Assembly: GCA_951406725.2 (NCBI GenBank)
Contig: OX597832.1
Location: 11,966,001-12,030,000, forward strand
DNA length: 64,000 nt
Direction of reading: 5' to 3'
Source: Octopus vulgaris
Taxonomy: Eukaryota
The translations under genes and the position numbers were made by a program. The notes beneath the pieces are model-generated. The model had not been told where the DNA came from. It ran no database searches and saw nothing but the letters and a program-made list of their open reading frames with translations. The first letter of the stretch is position 1; each line of letters opens with the position of its first letter. Of the stretch, positions 12,039-25,070 are shown one piece after another.

Positions 12039-12364
12039 GTGTCACCAAAGCCGCACTATTGACGTGTGTGCAGGTTTATGCGCACGCATGCGTGTGCGTG
12101 CGTGCGTGTGTGTGTGTGCGTGTGCACAGTACAGAATACATCACGCCTTTGCACGATAAGTAGTATAACATTAGTTACGTCTTTAACGTTGACAACAACA
12201 AATTACTCAGTTTCATTGTTTAGACCTCCCTCTGTTTATATCACGATGATATCTTTTTATAGCATATTTACCATAATATCTCTTATTGAAATATCTTTAA
12301 TTCTCGGTTAACTATTAACATGTCGATTGCTACTGATCCTATCAATTGTTTTACAAATCAACCC

Positions 12365-12900
12365 TTCTACTTCTTCCACTCCTCGTTCTTCTTCTTCATC
12401 TTCTTCTTCTTCTTCTCCTCCTTCTTCTCCTTCTCCTTATTCTCCTTCTTCTTCTTCTTCTTCTTCTTCTCCTTCTCCTCCTTCTTCTTCTTCTTCTTCT
12501 CCTTTTTCTTCTCCTTCTTCTTTTTCTCCTTCTTCTCCTCCTTCTCCTTCTACTTTTTATCCTCTTCTTCTTCTCCTCTTCCTTCTTCTTCTTCTTCTTC
12601 TTCTTCTTCTTCTGTTGCTGCCAATTTCACTTTCAGTTTCTTTGCTTCTCCCTCCTCTTCCATGTCCACGTCCTCATTTTCATCACCGCCCCTCCTTCCC
12701 ACCTCCCCATTCTTCTATTTATTTATTATCTAGCCATACTCATCCACATTCTGTTCTTGTTGAGTTTGTTTTTCCTACTTCTCCTCCTCATCATCATCAT
12801 CTGTTCTTCTTCCATTTTTACCATCTCTACACCTTCTTTTGTCCTTTGTTTCCTTCGTCTTCTGCTCACCTTTTCTTCTCTCCATCAAGTTTTCCTTAAT
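12365..12900. repeat. (CTT/CCT)n polypyrimidine tract
   Basis: Direct inspection; explains the poly-S/L/F ORFs. Confidence 0.95.
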
Positions 12901-14715
12901 TATTTTTCACTTTTTAATCAGGCATTAAAAAAAAAAAAAAAATTCGTTTCTTCAACCACAATAATCACACTCATCCTCAACCCTGCTGACTTTATCAACA
13001 TCTCTATTATCTTTATCACGAACATCATCATTTTTATCAACACCATTTCACCTATTTTTGTTTTGACTTGATTTTTTTTCAGAATCTTTAGTCTCTTGTC
13101 TTACTTCACCTGCCGGCCTATTATCTCAAATTTTTTCTGCTATCTTATATCTCAGTCTTTTACAAATTATTCTAGTCCTTATCCTTCCTATTCTTTCGTA
13201 TTGTAACTGTAGTTCTTGTCCTTCTTCTTTATTTCCTTTTATTCTCTCCGTTCTCCTTTACAGTCGACTGTGTTCTTTTGTAACAAAAATCACAAATAAA
13301 TTTTAGGATAAAGAGACATGACAATTCAGTTGGCATCAAGTCTAGAAGCAATCGACTTCCTATAATTATAATATCGCTAAGATATATCACAATTCAATTT
13401 GAAATGACAAGTCTTACTTTTAAATTAAACTCTTTTCCGTTTTCGATATCTCACAGACGAATATTCGCACAATAAATTATACGAACATTTGTAAGATAAA
13501 TTGCAATAATAGATAGTCGGGTATCTTGAAAGCGTCGAGAACGAAAATTCGATAGTTTGTATGAAAGACGAAATGTAGTTGATGGTGGAACAAATCGGTG
13601 GTTAGTAGTATTCTGTGTGTTTCATGCTAATCAGGGTTCTAGGTAATTCTGTGTTCCCAGATGTAACTGGTTCCATGAACAGATGTAAGTTAATTTTAAA
13701 TAGGGCACCTTTGATATACCCAGAACAATTTTGGTATCTCTTCATCAGTGATCTCATCGATTCGTTATATCGAGGAATTTAGAAATAATACGATTGTATC
13801 TACATAATCAGTGGGTCTAACACATATAACAGAAAATATCTCCTGAAATGAGAAATTCTACATATGTAAATAAATACATATTAGAGACGTAAGGCCAAAA
13901 CCAACAACAGCAGTAACAGCAGCAGCAACAGCAGTAGCAGCAGCAACAATATCAACCACAACAACAGAAACAACAACGGTAATTTTAACTAATCCCATAT
14001 GCATTCCAATTTCCCAATTCTACTGACATGCACATGCTGATTCTCGCTTAAACATCGACAAATATAATGTTTATACAATTCTCACACGAATATGTACAAG
14101 CTTCCATACCCGAAGCGAAACAAATCCGCGCACGGTTTTTACATTACCCTAATAAAAATGCAACAAACTTCATTTTAAACTGTGGAAGAGAACAGTTGTG
14201 CTCAGTAATAAGTTACAAAGAAGAAAGGAATAACAGTGAATTTCGCTCTCTGAAACACGGTAAGTCGCGAATACGAAAGAACCCTCGTCACGCGTCCAGG
14301 AGCAGTGTTCTGTCAAAACGTTAACGCTGTAAAGACAGGCCCACCTCTTAATGTGACTGCTTAAACGAAAATGACCTCTCAAAAGAAAAATATAACTGAA
14401 AGAGAAAAATGAACAGATGACGACTATAATGAACTGATATATGCATTCTGCAATGTAACACACAAGACTAATAAAAGAAGCATATAAGATATGGATGATA
14501 AATAATAAAGATATAAGGAAAACAAAATGAAGTTGCAAACGTCCAATGATATATCTAATGAGACAAACCGAAACAGACAAACTCATACAGAAAATTTCCC
14601 ATAAAATGAACAAACCCCTCGTCATGTACTATATGGGCCCGATACCAACAGAAGAACGCAATCCCCATCATACGCACAGCACTCAGTACTAAAATTAATA
14701 CAAGCGATGACTGAA

Positions 14716-14860
14716 ACCTATTTCTTTATTACCCACTAGGGACTAAACACAGAGAGGACAAACAAGGACAGGCAAAGGGATTAAGTCGATTACATCGATC
14801 CCAGTGCGTAACTGGTACTTAATTTATCGACCCCGAAAGGATGAAAGGCAAAGTCGACCT
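14716..14860 (-). mobile_element. SINE-A fragment (core + tail A)
   Basis: Reverse complement of core plus ...gtcctctctgtgtttagtccctagtgggtaataaagaaataggt. Confidence 0.8.
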
Positions 14861-15087
14861 GAAATCAAAGCCTATAAAATACATGTTGATGCAATACAAT
14901 ACCGGGAAGATATTGTATTTTCGAAGAAACAAAAGCAGGAAGAAACAGACAAATGAAATCAACACTAAACACATGTCAGCAACATGGTGGTGTAGCAAAT
15001 GATGCAGTAGAATTTCACCCAACCTGTAAGAAGTGTAATAATAATAATAATAGTAATAATAATAATAATAAGAAGAAGAATATAGTA

Positions 15088-15258
15088 CTCTCTGCTATAG
15101 GTATAAGGCCTGGATTTTTGTTGGGAGGGAGACAATCGATTACATCGACCCCGGTACTTGTCTGGTGCTTAATCCATCGACTTCGAAAGGATGAAAGGCA
15201 AAGTCGACCTCGGCGGAATGTGAGTTCAGATCGTAGTGACAGACGAAATACTGCTAAA
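15088..15258 (-). mobile_element. SINE-A (tail B form)
   Basis: cgaaaggatgaaaggcaaagtcgacctcggcggaatgtgagttcaga. Confidence 0.8.
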
Positions 15259-16781
15259 CAGTTGTCGTTTGGGACCTTGAAACGAGGACAAAAACGTTGA
15301 TTATAGCCGCTCAGGAACAAGCCTTTAGAACGAATCTAATAAAGGCGAAGACCAACAAAATTTAGAAAATTTAGAATCTGCAGGAAAGGAGACGAAAGTA
15401 CTAATCCGCTTTTGTCTGTGTGTACAATATAATAGAACAAAATGAGTATAAGTGTAAGCACGACTGTGTAGGCAGAAGAGTGCGTTGGGATGTTAGCCGA
15501 GTGTGGGGCTTTGAAACCATAGGAAGTGACAGAAAATGAGAATTACAAGTTTTTGAGGTATTGAAGATTAATTATATCAGTCATGATTATAAATCTATCA
15601 CGGCGGAATTTGAACTTTGAACGAAAATATAGGAAGAAATTCTCCTAATCTCTTTATTCTGCATGGTAACAATTCCTCCAGTTAACCGCCTTTATAGTAG
15701 TAATAATGATAGTAAGAATAAATTAAGTAAAATTTAAAAAGCGAAATGATTACGATTAGTGATTTTAGTTTCAGGTTAAGTCTGACAGAACAAGCATAAG
15801 AATCAAAACTTTCAGAAATTTAGCCATTCTTTTACCTAATCTAGTTGTATAAATATAAAGATATATGCATTTATGCGCATATTTTTCAATCAGCTTGCAT
15901 ATATGCGTCCATGTGTGTTCATTTCGGGAGTCACATGAAGCGAGAAATATTGAGAGTGAAAAAGACACAAACTGAAAGACAGCGAAGAGGAGGAGAGAGA
16001 AGGAATAAGTGAGAGAAATGTTTTAATATTCCTAACATATTTTATTTGTAAATGTACGCTGAGAAACATCAATCCTCTCTGAAATGATGGAGACGACATT
16101 TTCATTGACAAATATGGTTACCACATTGATTCTTTGAATATTGTGGAGAGAAATTCCGAAAATATTAAATGGCTCTTTCCATTAGCTTTTCTTTCTCATA
16201 TAAACGCTTAAGATCTTTGACCAAACACATTATTCATACGGCTAATTAGGAAGTGAATCAAAGTCCACCGACATTTCTGATTAAATATATGGTTTAGGTT
16301 AGACTTAAGTAAAATTTGTCAAATCGAGTAGACATCTGAGATGATTGATATCAATATAAAAGACAGAATGAATAACTATGTTAGAGATTATACTTGCGGG
16401 CTGCAATTTACGTAGACATGTCGTAGATGTGACCTTCCTGTTCGTCTCAGAGGAAAATGGTTTTATAGTAAATGATATATTAGAGATATCAGAGTGTGCT
16501 ATCTCTGTCTGAATCTAGTATTTAGCTTCAATTTTCTAAAGAGTAAGAATATTGAATATGTTTGTAAATGCAATATCTTGCCTAAGTATTTAGATATATT
16601 CAGATTACAATATCTGTTCACTGCTGTTCCTTCTATAAATGTTTAATACTTAATTTCACGTTCCAAAGTTTCTGGAAAGTATTATTTACGTACACACGTT
16701 TATATACACATAAACAAATAAATAGGTATGTCATATATCATAAGTAATACTCACACACACATACATATATATGTATGTATC

Positions 16782-16820
<39 letters not shown>

Positions 16821-16823
<3 letters not shown>

Positions 16824-17141
16824 GTTCTAAGTTCAAATTCCGCCGAGGTCGACTTTGCCTTTCATCCTTTCGGGGTCGATAAATTAAGTACCAGTTACAC
16901 ACCGCGGTCGATGTAATCGACTTAATCCGTCTGTCTGCCCTTATTTGTCCTCTCTGTGTTTAGCCCCTTGTGGGTAGTAAAGAAATAGGTATTTAGTCTG
17001 TCTTAACGTTCTGAGTTCCAATTTCGACTTTGCCTTTCATCCTTTCGGAGTCGATACATTAAGTACCAGTTGCGTACTGAGATCGATCTAATCGTCTGGT
17101 CCCCTTCCCCTCTAATTTCGTACCTTGTGCCTAGAGTAGAA

Positions 17142-17143
<2 letters not shown>
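16821..17143 (+). mobile_element. SINE-A dimer (core-tail A joined to partial head-core-tail B)
   Basis: Two cores; junction aaagaaataggt|atttagtctg at 16990/16991. Confidence 0.85.
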
Positions 17144-17182
<39 letters not shown>

Positions 17183-17834
17183 TAACGGCCCAGCAACAGT
17201 ATAGCAAGAACATAAGATGCATTGCTGCGGTTTGGACCTTCTCAGTGACGTATATTCACGAGCAACGGCATGCTTCCTATAAAGTGAACGATTACTTTTG
17301 TTGCAAATGGCTGACCGGCCGAAGAAAACTTCGCAATGAGCAGCAGAAGCAATATTAGAGTAGATAACCATGTATAATCAATGTGCTAACTCTCATATAT
17401 CGTTAATATGATAGCATGACATGGCTAGAGTTAGATTGAGATATATTTTTCATTGCTTTCATTTTACCATTTCCCTTTCTTTTTAAATTCTCCAGTGCAT
17501 TCTGTTACATCGTTATAACTTTTATTTTGATTCTGGTATTGGTAATATGTCTTCAATTTTGCACACATACATGAATGCATGCATACATACATACGTTATT
17601 ATGGCTGCCCCCTCGTTATAGAGTATGGCCATTGCACGAAGCTTAACTGTTATTGGTGCTGTGATCGAATGTGACATTTTAGCCCAGCTAAAGATCTACA
17701 ATGCCTTGTACAGAATTGGCAACTAAAAACCTTTACCGGTAATAGCCGGCAGTATTTGTAACTGAGCTTCATGTACATTTGCATGTCGTTTAAGCCCTCC
17801 TGCCGAATTACATACATACATAAGGAATACTGCT

Positions 17835-18290
17835 AAAGGAACACTGGTGGAATATTCCCATCAAAGCATCTATCAAGTGTAAGTATAACAAGACGGATAT
17901 TATTGTTTGGGATAAAGAAGAAAAAGTATGTACCGTCATCTCTCTGAAAATTAAAAAGAAAAGAGACAACTAAGGATGGCTGCTTTGGAATCTCCAGCTT
18001 CTATATCTGGATTACAAATTTTCATTTATACCAATAATAATTACTTGGTTTAGTAAGTAAATGCCTAACTGTCACTATGGAGAGCCTAGTATTTCAGATG
18101 AAGAAATCAACCGATTCGTACAATATATGTAGAATCTGTAAGCAGAAGAGAACTTGCATAACTTTTCTCATATTCAAAATATGACACTATCTTCAGTATC
18201 TACTTTGCAAAGATGAAGCTTTGTATCTTTGTTAAAAACCAACTCCCTCAGAAGAAGAATTTAAATGATTAAAACAGAAGAGACAGACAT
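17835..18290 (+). pseudogene. 3' relic of RLE-type (R4/Dong/NeSL-like) non-LTR retrotransposon, restriction-like endonuclease domain
   Basis: KEHWWNIPIKASIKCKYNKTDIIVWDKEEKVCTVI...SLKIKKKRDN*GWLLWNLQLLYLDYKFSFIPIII matches the RPD-I-V-W-D...K..KY...IPIII(G) pattern; flanked by (TACA)n. Confidence 0.7.
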
Positions 18291-18296
18291 TCAGAC

Positions 18297-18560
18297 ATAC
18301 ATACCTATGTACATACATACATACATACTTACATACATACTTACATACATACATACTTACATACATACTTACATACATACATACTTACATACATACATAC
18401 TTACATACATACTTACATACATACTTACATACGTACTTACTTACATACGTACTTACATACATACATACATACTTACATACATACATACTTACATACATAC
18501 ATACATACTTACATACATACATACATACTTACTTACATACATACTTACTTACATACATAC
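18297..18560. repeat. (TACA/TACT)n microsatellite
   Basis: Direct inspection. Confidence 0.95.
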
Positions 18561-18917
18561 ATGCATTCATATATTTATACAAAGACATACACATATACGC
18601 ACACACGCATACACACACACGCACACACACAAACAAATATAAACACACGACACAGTTTTATTTATGTTAGACAAACATGAACATCTATTCTCATCTATTC
18701 TCATCTATTCTGTATGAATTCTATAATAATTCCGATAAGTTTGTCGCTTCTTGACCTATATATATTTACTTTGTAATTTTATTTACATTAATGTTTCAGA
18801 AAAGTATGTTACGTCTGTGATACAACATAATTGCCACTCTGTTGTATCAATATCGAAGTTATTCTGTATACATACGGACATTGATATATGACGATAAAAG
18901 CAGAGATAGAATTAGTT

Positions 18918-18948
<31 letters not shown>

Positions 18949-18969
18949 CGACAATAATGATAATAATTT

Positions 18970-19133
18970 TTACTATAGAAACAAAGCCTGATATATGAGG
19001 GAGGGGATAGGTACTTCATTTATCGACCCCGAAAGGATGAAAAGGAAAGTCAAGCTCGCCAGAATTTGAATTCAGAACATAAAGATGGAGGAAAGCATTT
19101 CGCTCGAAGTACTAAAGATTCTGCTAGCTCACT

Positions 19134-19137
<4 letters not shown>
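18970..19137 (-). mobile_element. SINE-A, diverged, between (TAA)n tracts
   Basis: ttatcgaccccgaaaggatgaaaaggaaagtc...gaatttgaattcagaac. Confidence 0.7.
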
Positions 19138-19168
<31 letters not shown>

Positions 19169-19170
<2 letters not shown>

Positions 19171-19570
19171 CAGTTGAGCATGTCTCTTAGTGACTGACGA
19201 TATGTGCATCTCTGATCACGAGCTGAAGTAGTGGGGGAGCATCACAGCCATGTGCTGAGAGGAATTCTTAGGGGTTTGAATAATTCACCCCTGGAAACAT
19301 GGGTGTTTCGTTCAACATCCTTAAACAAACCTTATTCAGGGACGTTTTGAGCGGGGTGGGTTACTCGACCAGTAGAAAATTCTAACTGGGCCCCACCTGC
19401 AAGGTCATGTGCTGATTATCTTGATATGAGATCACCATGTGGCGCACATATGGTTGTGATGCATGTGCCTGGTGTACCCTTATCAGACGGGGAATCATGA
19501 TGGGTATAATGGGCTTCGTATATTTTACCCAAGTGTTACTCTGATGGCATGCACTGCTCTCTAATTCAAT
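19169..19570 (+). mobile_element. Unclassified ~400-bp GC-richer retroposon-like insert between (TAA)n tracts
   Basis: Sharp compositional block flanked on both sides by (TAA)n; 3' end runs into aataataat. No ORF. Confidence 0.4.
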
Positions 19571-19614
19571 AATAATAATAATAATGATAATAATAATTTT
19601 GATGATGGTGATGA

Positions 19615-20385
19615 TCCTTTGTACTAAAGGCACAAGGCCTGAAGTTTTGGGGGAGAGGGTAGCCTATTTCATGACTATTTCGCTGGTGCTTAAGTTTCCG
19701 CTACCGAAAGGATGAAAGGCAAAGTCGACCTCGGAAGAATTTGAACTCAGAACGTAAAGACGGACAAAATGCCGCTATGCATTTCTCCCGGCTTGCTAAC
19801 AATTATGCTAATTTGCAAATTTTAGCACTAGGCAAGCAATTTCGGGGAAGAGGGAAAGTCGATTACACCGACCCAAGTACTGAAATATTACTGATTTTAT
19901 CGTCCCCGACGGAGTGAAAGGCAAAATCGACCTCGACGAAGTTTAGAACGTGAGGACTGAAGAAATACCTATTTCTTTACTACCTACAAGGGGCTAAACA
20001 CAGAGGGGACAAACAAGGACAGACAAACGGATTAAATCGATTATAGCGACCCCAGTGCGTAACTGGTACTTAATTTATCGACCCCGAGAGGGTGAAAGGC
20101 AAAGTCGACCTCGACGAAATTTGAACTTAGAACGTAAGGACTGAAGAAATACCTATTGCTTTACTACCCACAAGGGGATATACACAGAGAGGACAAACAA
20201 GGATAGACCAGCGGATTAAATCAATTATATCGACCCCAGTGCGTAACTGGTACTTAATTTATCGACCCCGAAAGGATGAAAGGCAAAGTCGGCCTAGCGG
20301 AATTTGAACTCAGAACGTAACGGCAGATGAAATACCGCTAAGCATTTCGCCCGGCATGATAAGGATTCTGTCAGCTCGATGATAA
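19615..20385 (-). mobile_element. Array of four SINE-A cores (nested/tandem)
   Basis: Cores at ~19705, 19905, 20080 and 20265; junction aataggt|atttcttcagtcc repeated at 19966/7 and 20150/1. Confidence 0.85.
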
Positions 20386-21500
20386 TAATAAGAACAAGGA
20401 CAAAAATATATGTAAAATAATGCCCTCACCGAAAGATAATATAGAAAAGAGATCGTTTCTTATTTTAATACAAGGTTATAGAATTGGATAGTATGTATGA
20501 CTAAATATTAGTTGGGGGAAATGTTTCGTTTTGTTTTGTAAATTAAGCGAGAAGTTAGATTATTAATACAAACTTCGAAGGTGAAATAGTTTACGGATAT
20601 ACAGTGCTTTGAACGCGGAAATATAATATTTAAGATAAGAGTATTTGACTTGGGGAAGACTGTTTAGATAGGAAATTTCATTGCCTGGAAAGACAGAAAT
20701 AGCGCATGACACAGGTGAGTCAGAAAACACCATACCATCATATGTGCGCGCTTAGAACATCATATACCTATCACGCAAACACACTATTGCAGGTACACGC
20801 ATTACTTTTCTTCTATTCCTTTCGTTCTTTCTTTCTTTCTTTCTTTCTTTCTTTATTTATTTATTTCTCTCTGCCTCTCTCTCTCTCTCTCTCATACACA
20901 GTGAGAGAGATGGGTTTTGAGGCTCCTTGACTAAACAAATACACCAACTTAACTCATTATCACAGTCGATTAGCAAAAGTATACATCCGCCCGAGAAGTG
21001 ATAACCGTGTGACTTGGTGCAACATCACAGTTCCTTCACAATCTGCCTACGCGAATATCCTTGGATTCTTCGATAATAAATTCTAGAAGACTTTTCGTTT
21101 TCTCGATTCACTGGGTAAGGAATCAGAAAATATATTTTTCTTCCTCTAGCTTAGATGAAGCTTATTGTTATCAATGCAGTTTAACAAAACGAATTTCTTC
21201 TAGAAACAGGAGAAGAAAGAATATTTACTTAGAGAGTCTTGGATTCTTATTCTCTCTTCACCCCACAATTTTTTTTATTCTGATTTGTTGTTGCTTTCTC
21301 AAATTTTCGGATATTCCCGTTTCTTTTCCTACGCATTCTGCGTATCCACTTCTAGCACAAACTTTATATTCTGTTTGACTTCAACACAGATTTTCAGCGT
21401 CTGATAAGAACTAAATTCGAAATGCTTACCAATCCCAGAACACGTATTTGTAGAAGAGGCATGTTCGGGTTCGTTGTCTTGTTGTGGCAATAACATTAAA

Positions 21501-21524
21501 ACTTAATAAAATCCCACACATACA

Positions 21525-21576
<52 letters not shown>

Positions 21577-21602
21577 AATGTATGTGTGGAATTTTATTAA
21601 GT
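21501..21602. repeat. Palindrome: 27-bp arms around (TA)n
   Basis: acttaataaaatcccacacatacattc / gaatgtatgtgtggaattttattaagt (1 mismatch). Confidence 0.9.
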
Positions 21603-21719
21603 ATGTATATATATATATATACATACATATATATTTAAATGTGAAAAGGAGCAACAGCTTTTAGCATGAAACTACAGAGATTTATTAGTTTAGTATTAAT
21701 TTAAAACAAATGAAATACA

Positions 21720-21786
<67 letters not shown>

Positions 21787-21881
21787 CTGCATACATAACA
21801 TTTTACGTGTGTTTATATTAAATATATATATATGCACATAACATTAGCACACACACAAACACACACATATATATATATACA

Positions 21882-21913
<32 letters not shown>

Positions 21914-23145
21914 GAGCTCATTTTTAATTTATTTCCGTTACACAAGCTGAAACTTTATAAATTATAAGTCAATAAAATATTTTTAAAAAAATACCGTATA
22001 CGTAAAATAAAGCAATCTAATGTTTATTTCTAGAATTTGTAAAACATTATTCGAAAACTAAGTAGAATGTATTTTGATTTTGTTTATCTAATCTTAAATT
22101 TATTTCTCATGGCAATTGTAAAGCTTGAAGAGAAATAAGAATGAAATGTTATAAAATTTTGTAATAATATTTTATACTGAGTATTGCCTTTAGAAATAAA
22201 TCTTTACTGACAGTGTACATCTAGGCAATGAGAATGAGAGAATTAAAAATCTCCATTTAATATCTGATAAACATCGACCAAACTTATCAGAAAAAAAAAA
22301 GGAAAAAATACCCCAAAACTTGCATAACAGACTTAAAACCTAATCTAAAATGTTAGCAATGCTTCTGGAAGACACACTACAATGAAAGTTTATGAATATT
22401 TGAAAGTTTTATGGATTGCTTCAATTCATTAGACCTCCGCCCTCTTTCTGTTGAAATTAAAGTAAAAATAATAACATTCACATGGTTGCTAACATTATCA
22501 ATCAACAATTAAGTGAGTTGTTGTCTCGGTTTTGTTTATAATTATAAATATATATACATATATATCTGTACATATATACACAAACATATATATATATAGA
22601 GGGGGAAGAGAGGGAAAGTGAGGGTGAGAGAGAGAGAGCGAGAGAGTGAGAAACAGAGATTAAATGTGAGAGGGAGGGAAAAAGGGGTTGTTAAAATGTT
22701 GGACCATCTTGAAAACTTGTGTCGCTACACGTTAAATGAATTCTTAAATGTATACAAAAAAAAAATTCTGTTAAAACATTGGTTTCAGTAATTTTGCACA
22801 ATAAATTTTCTATGCAGCTGATATTCTAATTTAAAGCAATGTATATCTCGATGGAGATTCAGAACTTTTGGCATCTCCTGGAATCTGCTGCTCTTTGGTT
22901 TAAGCGGTCGATAACAAAAGAATAAAATGAAAAGAAAATGTGTCCAGTGCCATTGTTTATTTCAAAAATATTTCATGTGAATGACAGTCTAGTTTTCTTT
23001 CAAATGAATATTTTTCCAGCACATAAATATGAAACTTTCAGAATTCTAGTAATTTCAGTTTGGTATAGAAATTGTTAGACCGAAATGTCAGCTACACATA
23101 ATTTAATACAAGACAAATATCATTCTAAACAAAGCTGTAGGATAT

Positions 23146-23360
23146 TCTTTTCTACGCTAGGCACAAGGCCCCAAATTTTGGTGGAGGTGGGGGCAGACGA
23201 TTAGATCAACCCTAGTATTCAACTGGTACTTAATTTATCGACCCCGAGAGGATGAAAGCAAAGTTGACCTCGGTGGAATGTGAACTCAGTATGTACGGCA
23301 TATGAATTACTATGAAGTATTTCGCCCAGCGTGCTAACGATTCTGCCAGCTTGCCGCCTT
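23146..23360 (-). mobile_element. SINE-A full length (tail B)
   Basis: Head (aaggcggcaagctggcagaatcgttagcacgctgggcgaaat) plus core. Confidence 0.8.
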
Positions 23361-23739
23361 AAATATGTAGGTTATGGTTTGGTCAATTCCTTTAACCATT
23401 ACATAGACAGAGATATTAATACATATATATGTGTTGGAATAATGAAGTGAAACCAAATATTGATATTTGGAAATTATTGTATGCATACACTTCAAGTTTA
23501 CGTACAATATAATAGAGAATATCATTCAGATCTGAAACGTACTTTATTTAGATGATTTCAAAATATTACAATTTTGTTTGACTTCATTATTACAAATTAT
23601 ATAACTCGATGCCAGTATAAATTAATCGGTTCAGCCTGCACATACGTGGATCGTACATATCGACAATGATTTTGAGTATTTTCTTATATTTAACTCGAGT
23701 CGAAAGTTCTGGTAACGTGTATCGTTTCTTAGTGTGAAG

Positions 23740-24130
23740 CGAAGTGTTGTTGTGTGGTAAGAATATTACTTCCGTATCATACAGTTCCGAGTACGATCCT
23801 GCTGCGTCTCACCTTTGGTAGTTGTGTTCCGATTCGGGTTGGCCAAAGTCTTGTGTGCAGATTGGGGTTGATGGAAACCGATACAAGCCTAGTCTATATA
23901 TATATGTACAAACACACACACACACATACACATGGGTGTGTGTGTCTACCTCTACTGCTTGACAAATTTATTCGGGTGTTAACGTTCCCGTAACTTAGCG
24001 GTTTGGCAAAATAAACCGACATAATATGCACCAGTCTTTAAAAAATAAGTATTGGAGTCGATTCGTAGACTAAAATTCGTCAAGTCACCGAACTTTAATG
24101 GCTAAAACAAGTAAATGATAAAAGATAAAT
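23740..24130 (+). mobile_element. SINE-B, diverged
   Basis: gtgtggtaagaat...cccgtaacttagcggtttggcaaa...aaacaagtaaa. Confidence 0.7.
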
Positions 24131-24143
24131 GATATAGTGTATG

Positions 24144-24176
<33 letters not shown>

Positions 24177-24991
24177 ATAAATAGATACATACATATATAT
24201 ATGTGTGTGTGTGTGTGTATGTATGCGTTCTTGCATGTATGTATATGTGTGTCTATATTTGCAGTAAAAGAAGATAAATATAATTATAGACTTGAAGAAA
24301 ATTCCTTGGTAGAAGAATGGAAAGTACAGTTTTGTAAAGGAAAATCACCCTCATATGATGCTTACCGAAATGACCCCCCTCCCACAAAAAAAATTGAATA
24401 ATGAATATGGTGAAAAGCAATGAAATATAAAGATGATTATAACTTTCCCTCTCTATCGGTTATTCGTTCGCAATTATATCCTTTGTATGTATACATTAAT
24501 GTAGCTCCACAAAGCAAACAGTCTGATAAACGGGTGTTTTAGTTTCGTTATCAGAGGACATTAGATTCCACCAGTAAATAAAGAGCTGATACAAATATTT
24601 AAGTAACAATTCCCATTGTATACTGAGAGATATGGACTCACCTACCTACCTACCTACCTACATGCACTCGCGATACTAGTACCTGACTATATAGGTAAAG
24701 ATCTCTCCACATTACGCATTTATGTGTGTGTGTGTGTGTGTGTGTTTGTATGTGTCCATAAACACTCAAAATTGTAATTACTAATATTATTCGTCGACAT
24801 CTGAGTCATGTTTTTTTTATTTTCCTCATCTTCTCTTTCTTTCCTTCCTTCTATCTTTCTCTCTTTCTTTCTTTCTTTGTTTTTTCTTGTTTCATCTTTC
24901 CCTTCACATTATCATCATCATCATGATTATTATTTTTAAAACTATCATCATATTATTAATATATTCTTTTCACCTCTCTCTTTTCAATATA

Positions 24992-25030
<39 letters not shown>

Positions 25031-25039
25031 GTGTGTATC

Positions 25040-25070
<31 letters not shown>

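Noticed and set aside
12320-13071. Poly-S/L/F ORFs
   Set aside because: (CTT)n artefact.
20706-20720. Perfect donor CAG|GTGAGT
   Set aside because: No supporting upstream acceptor or ORF; an isolated motif is expected by chance.
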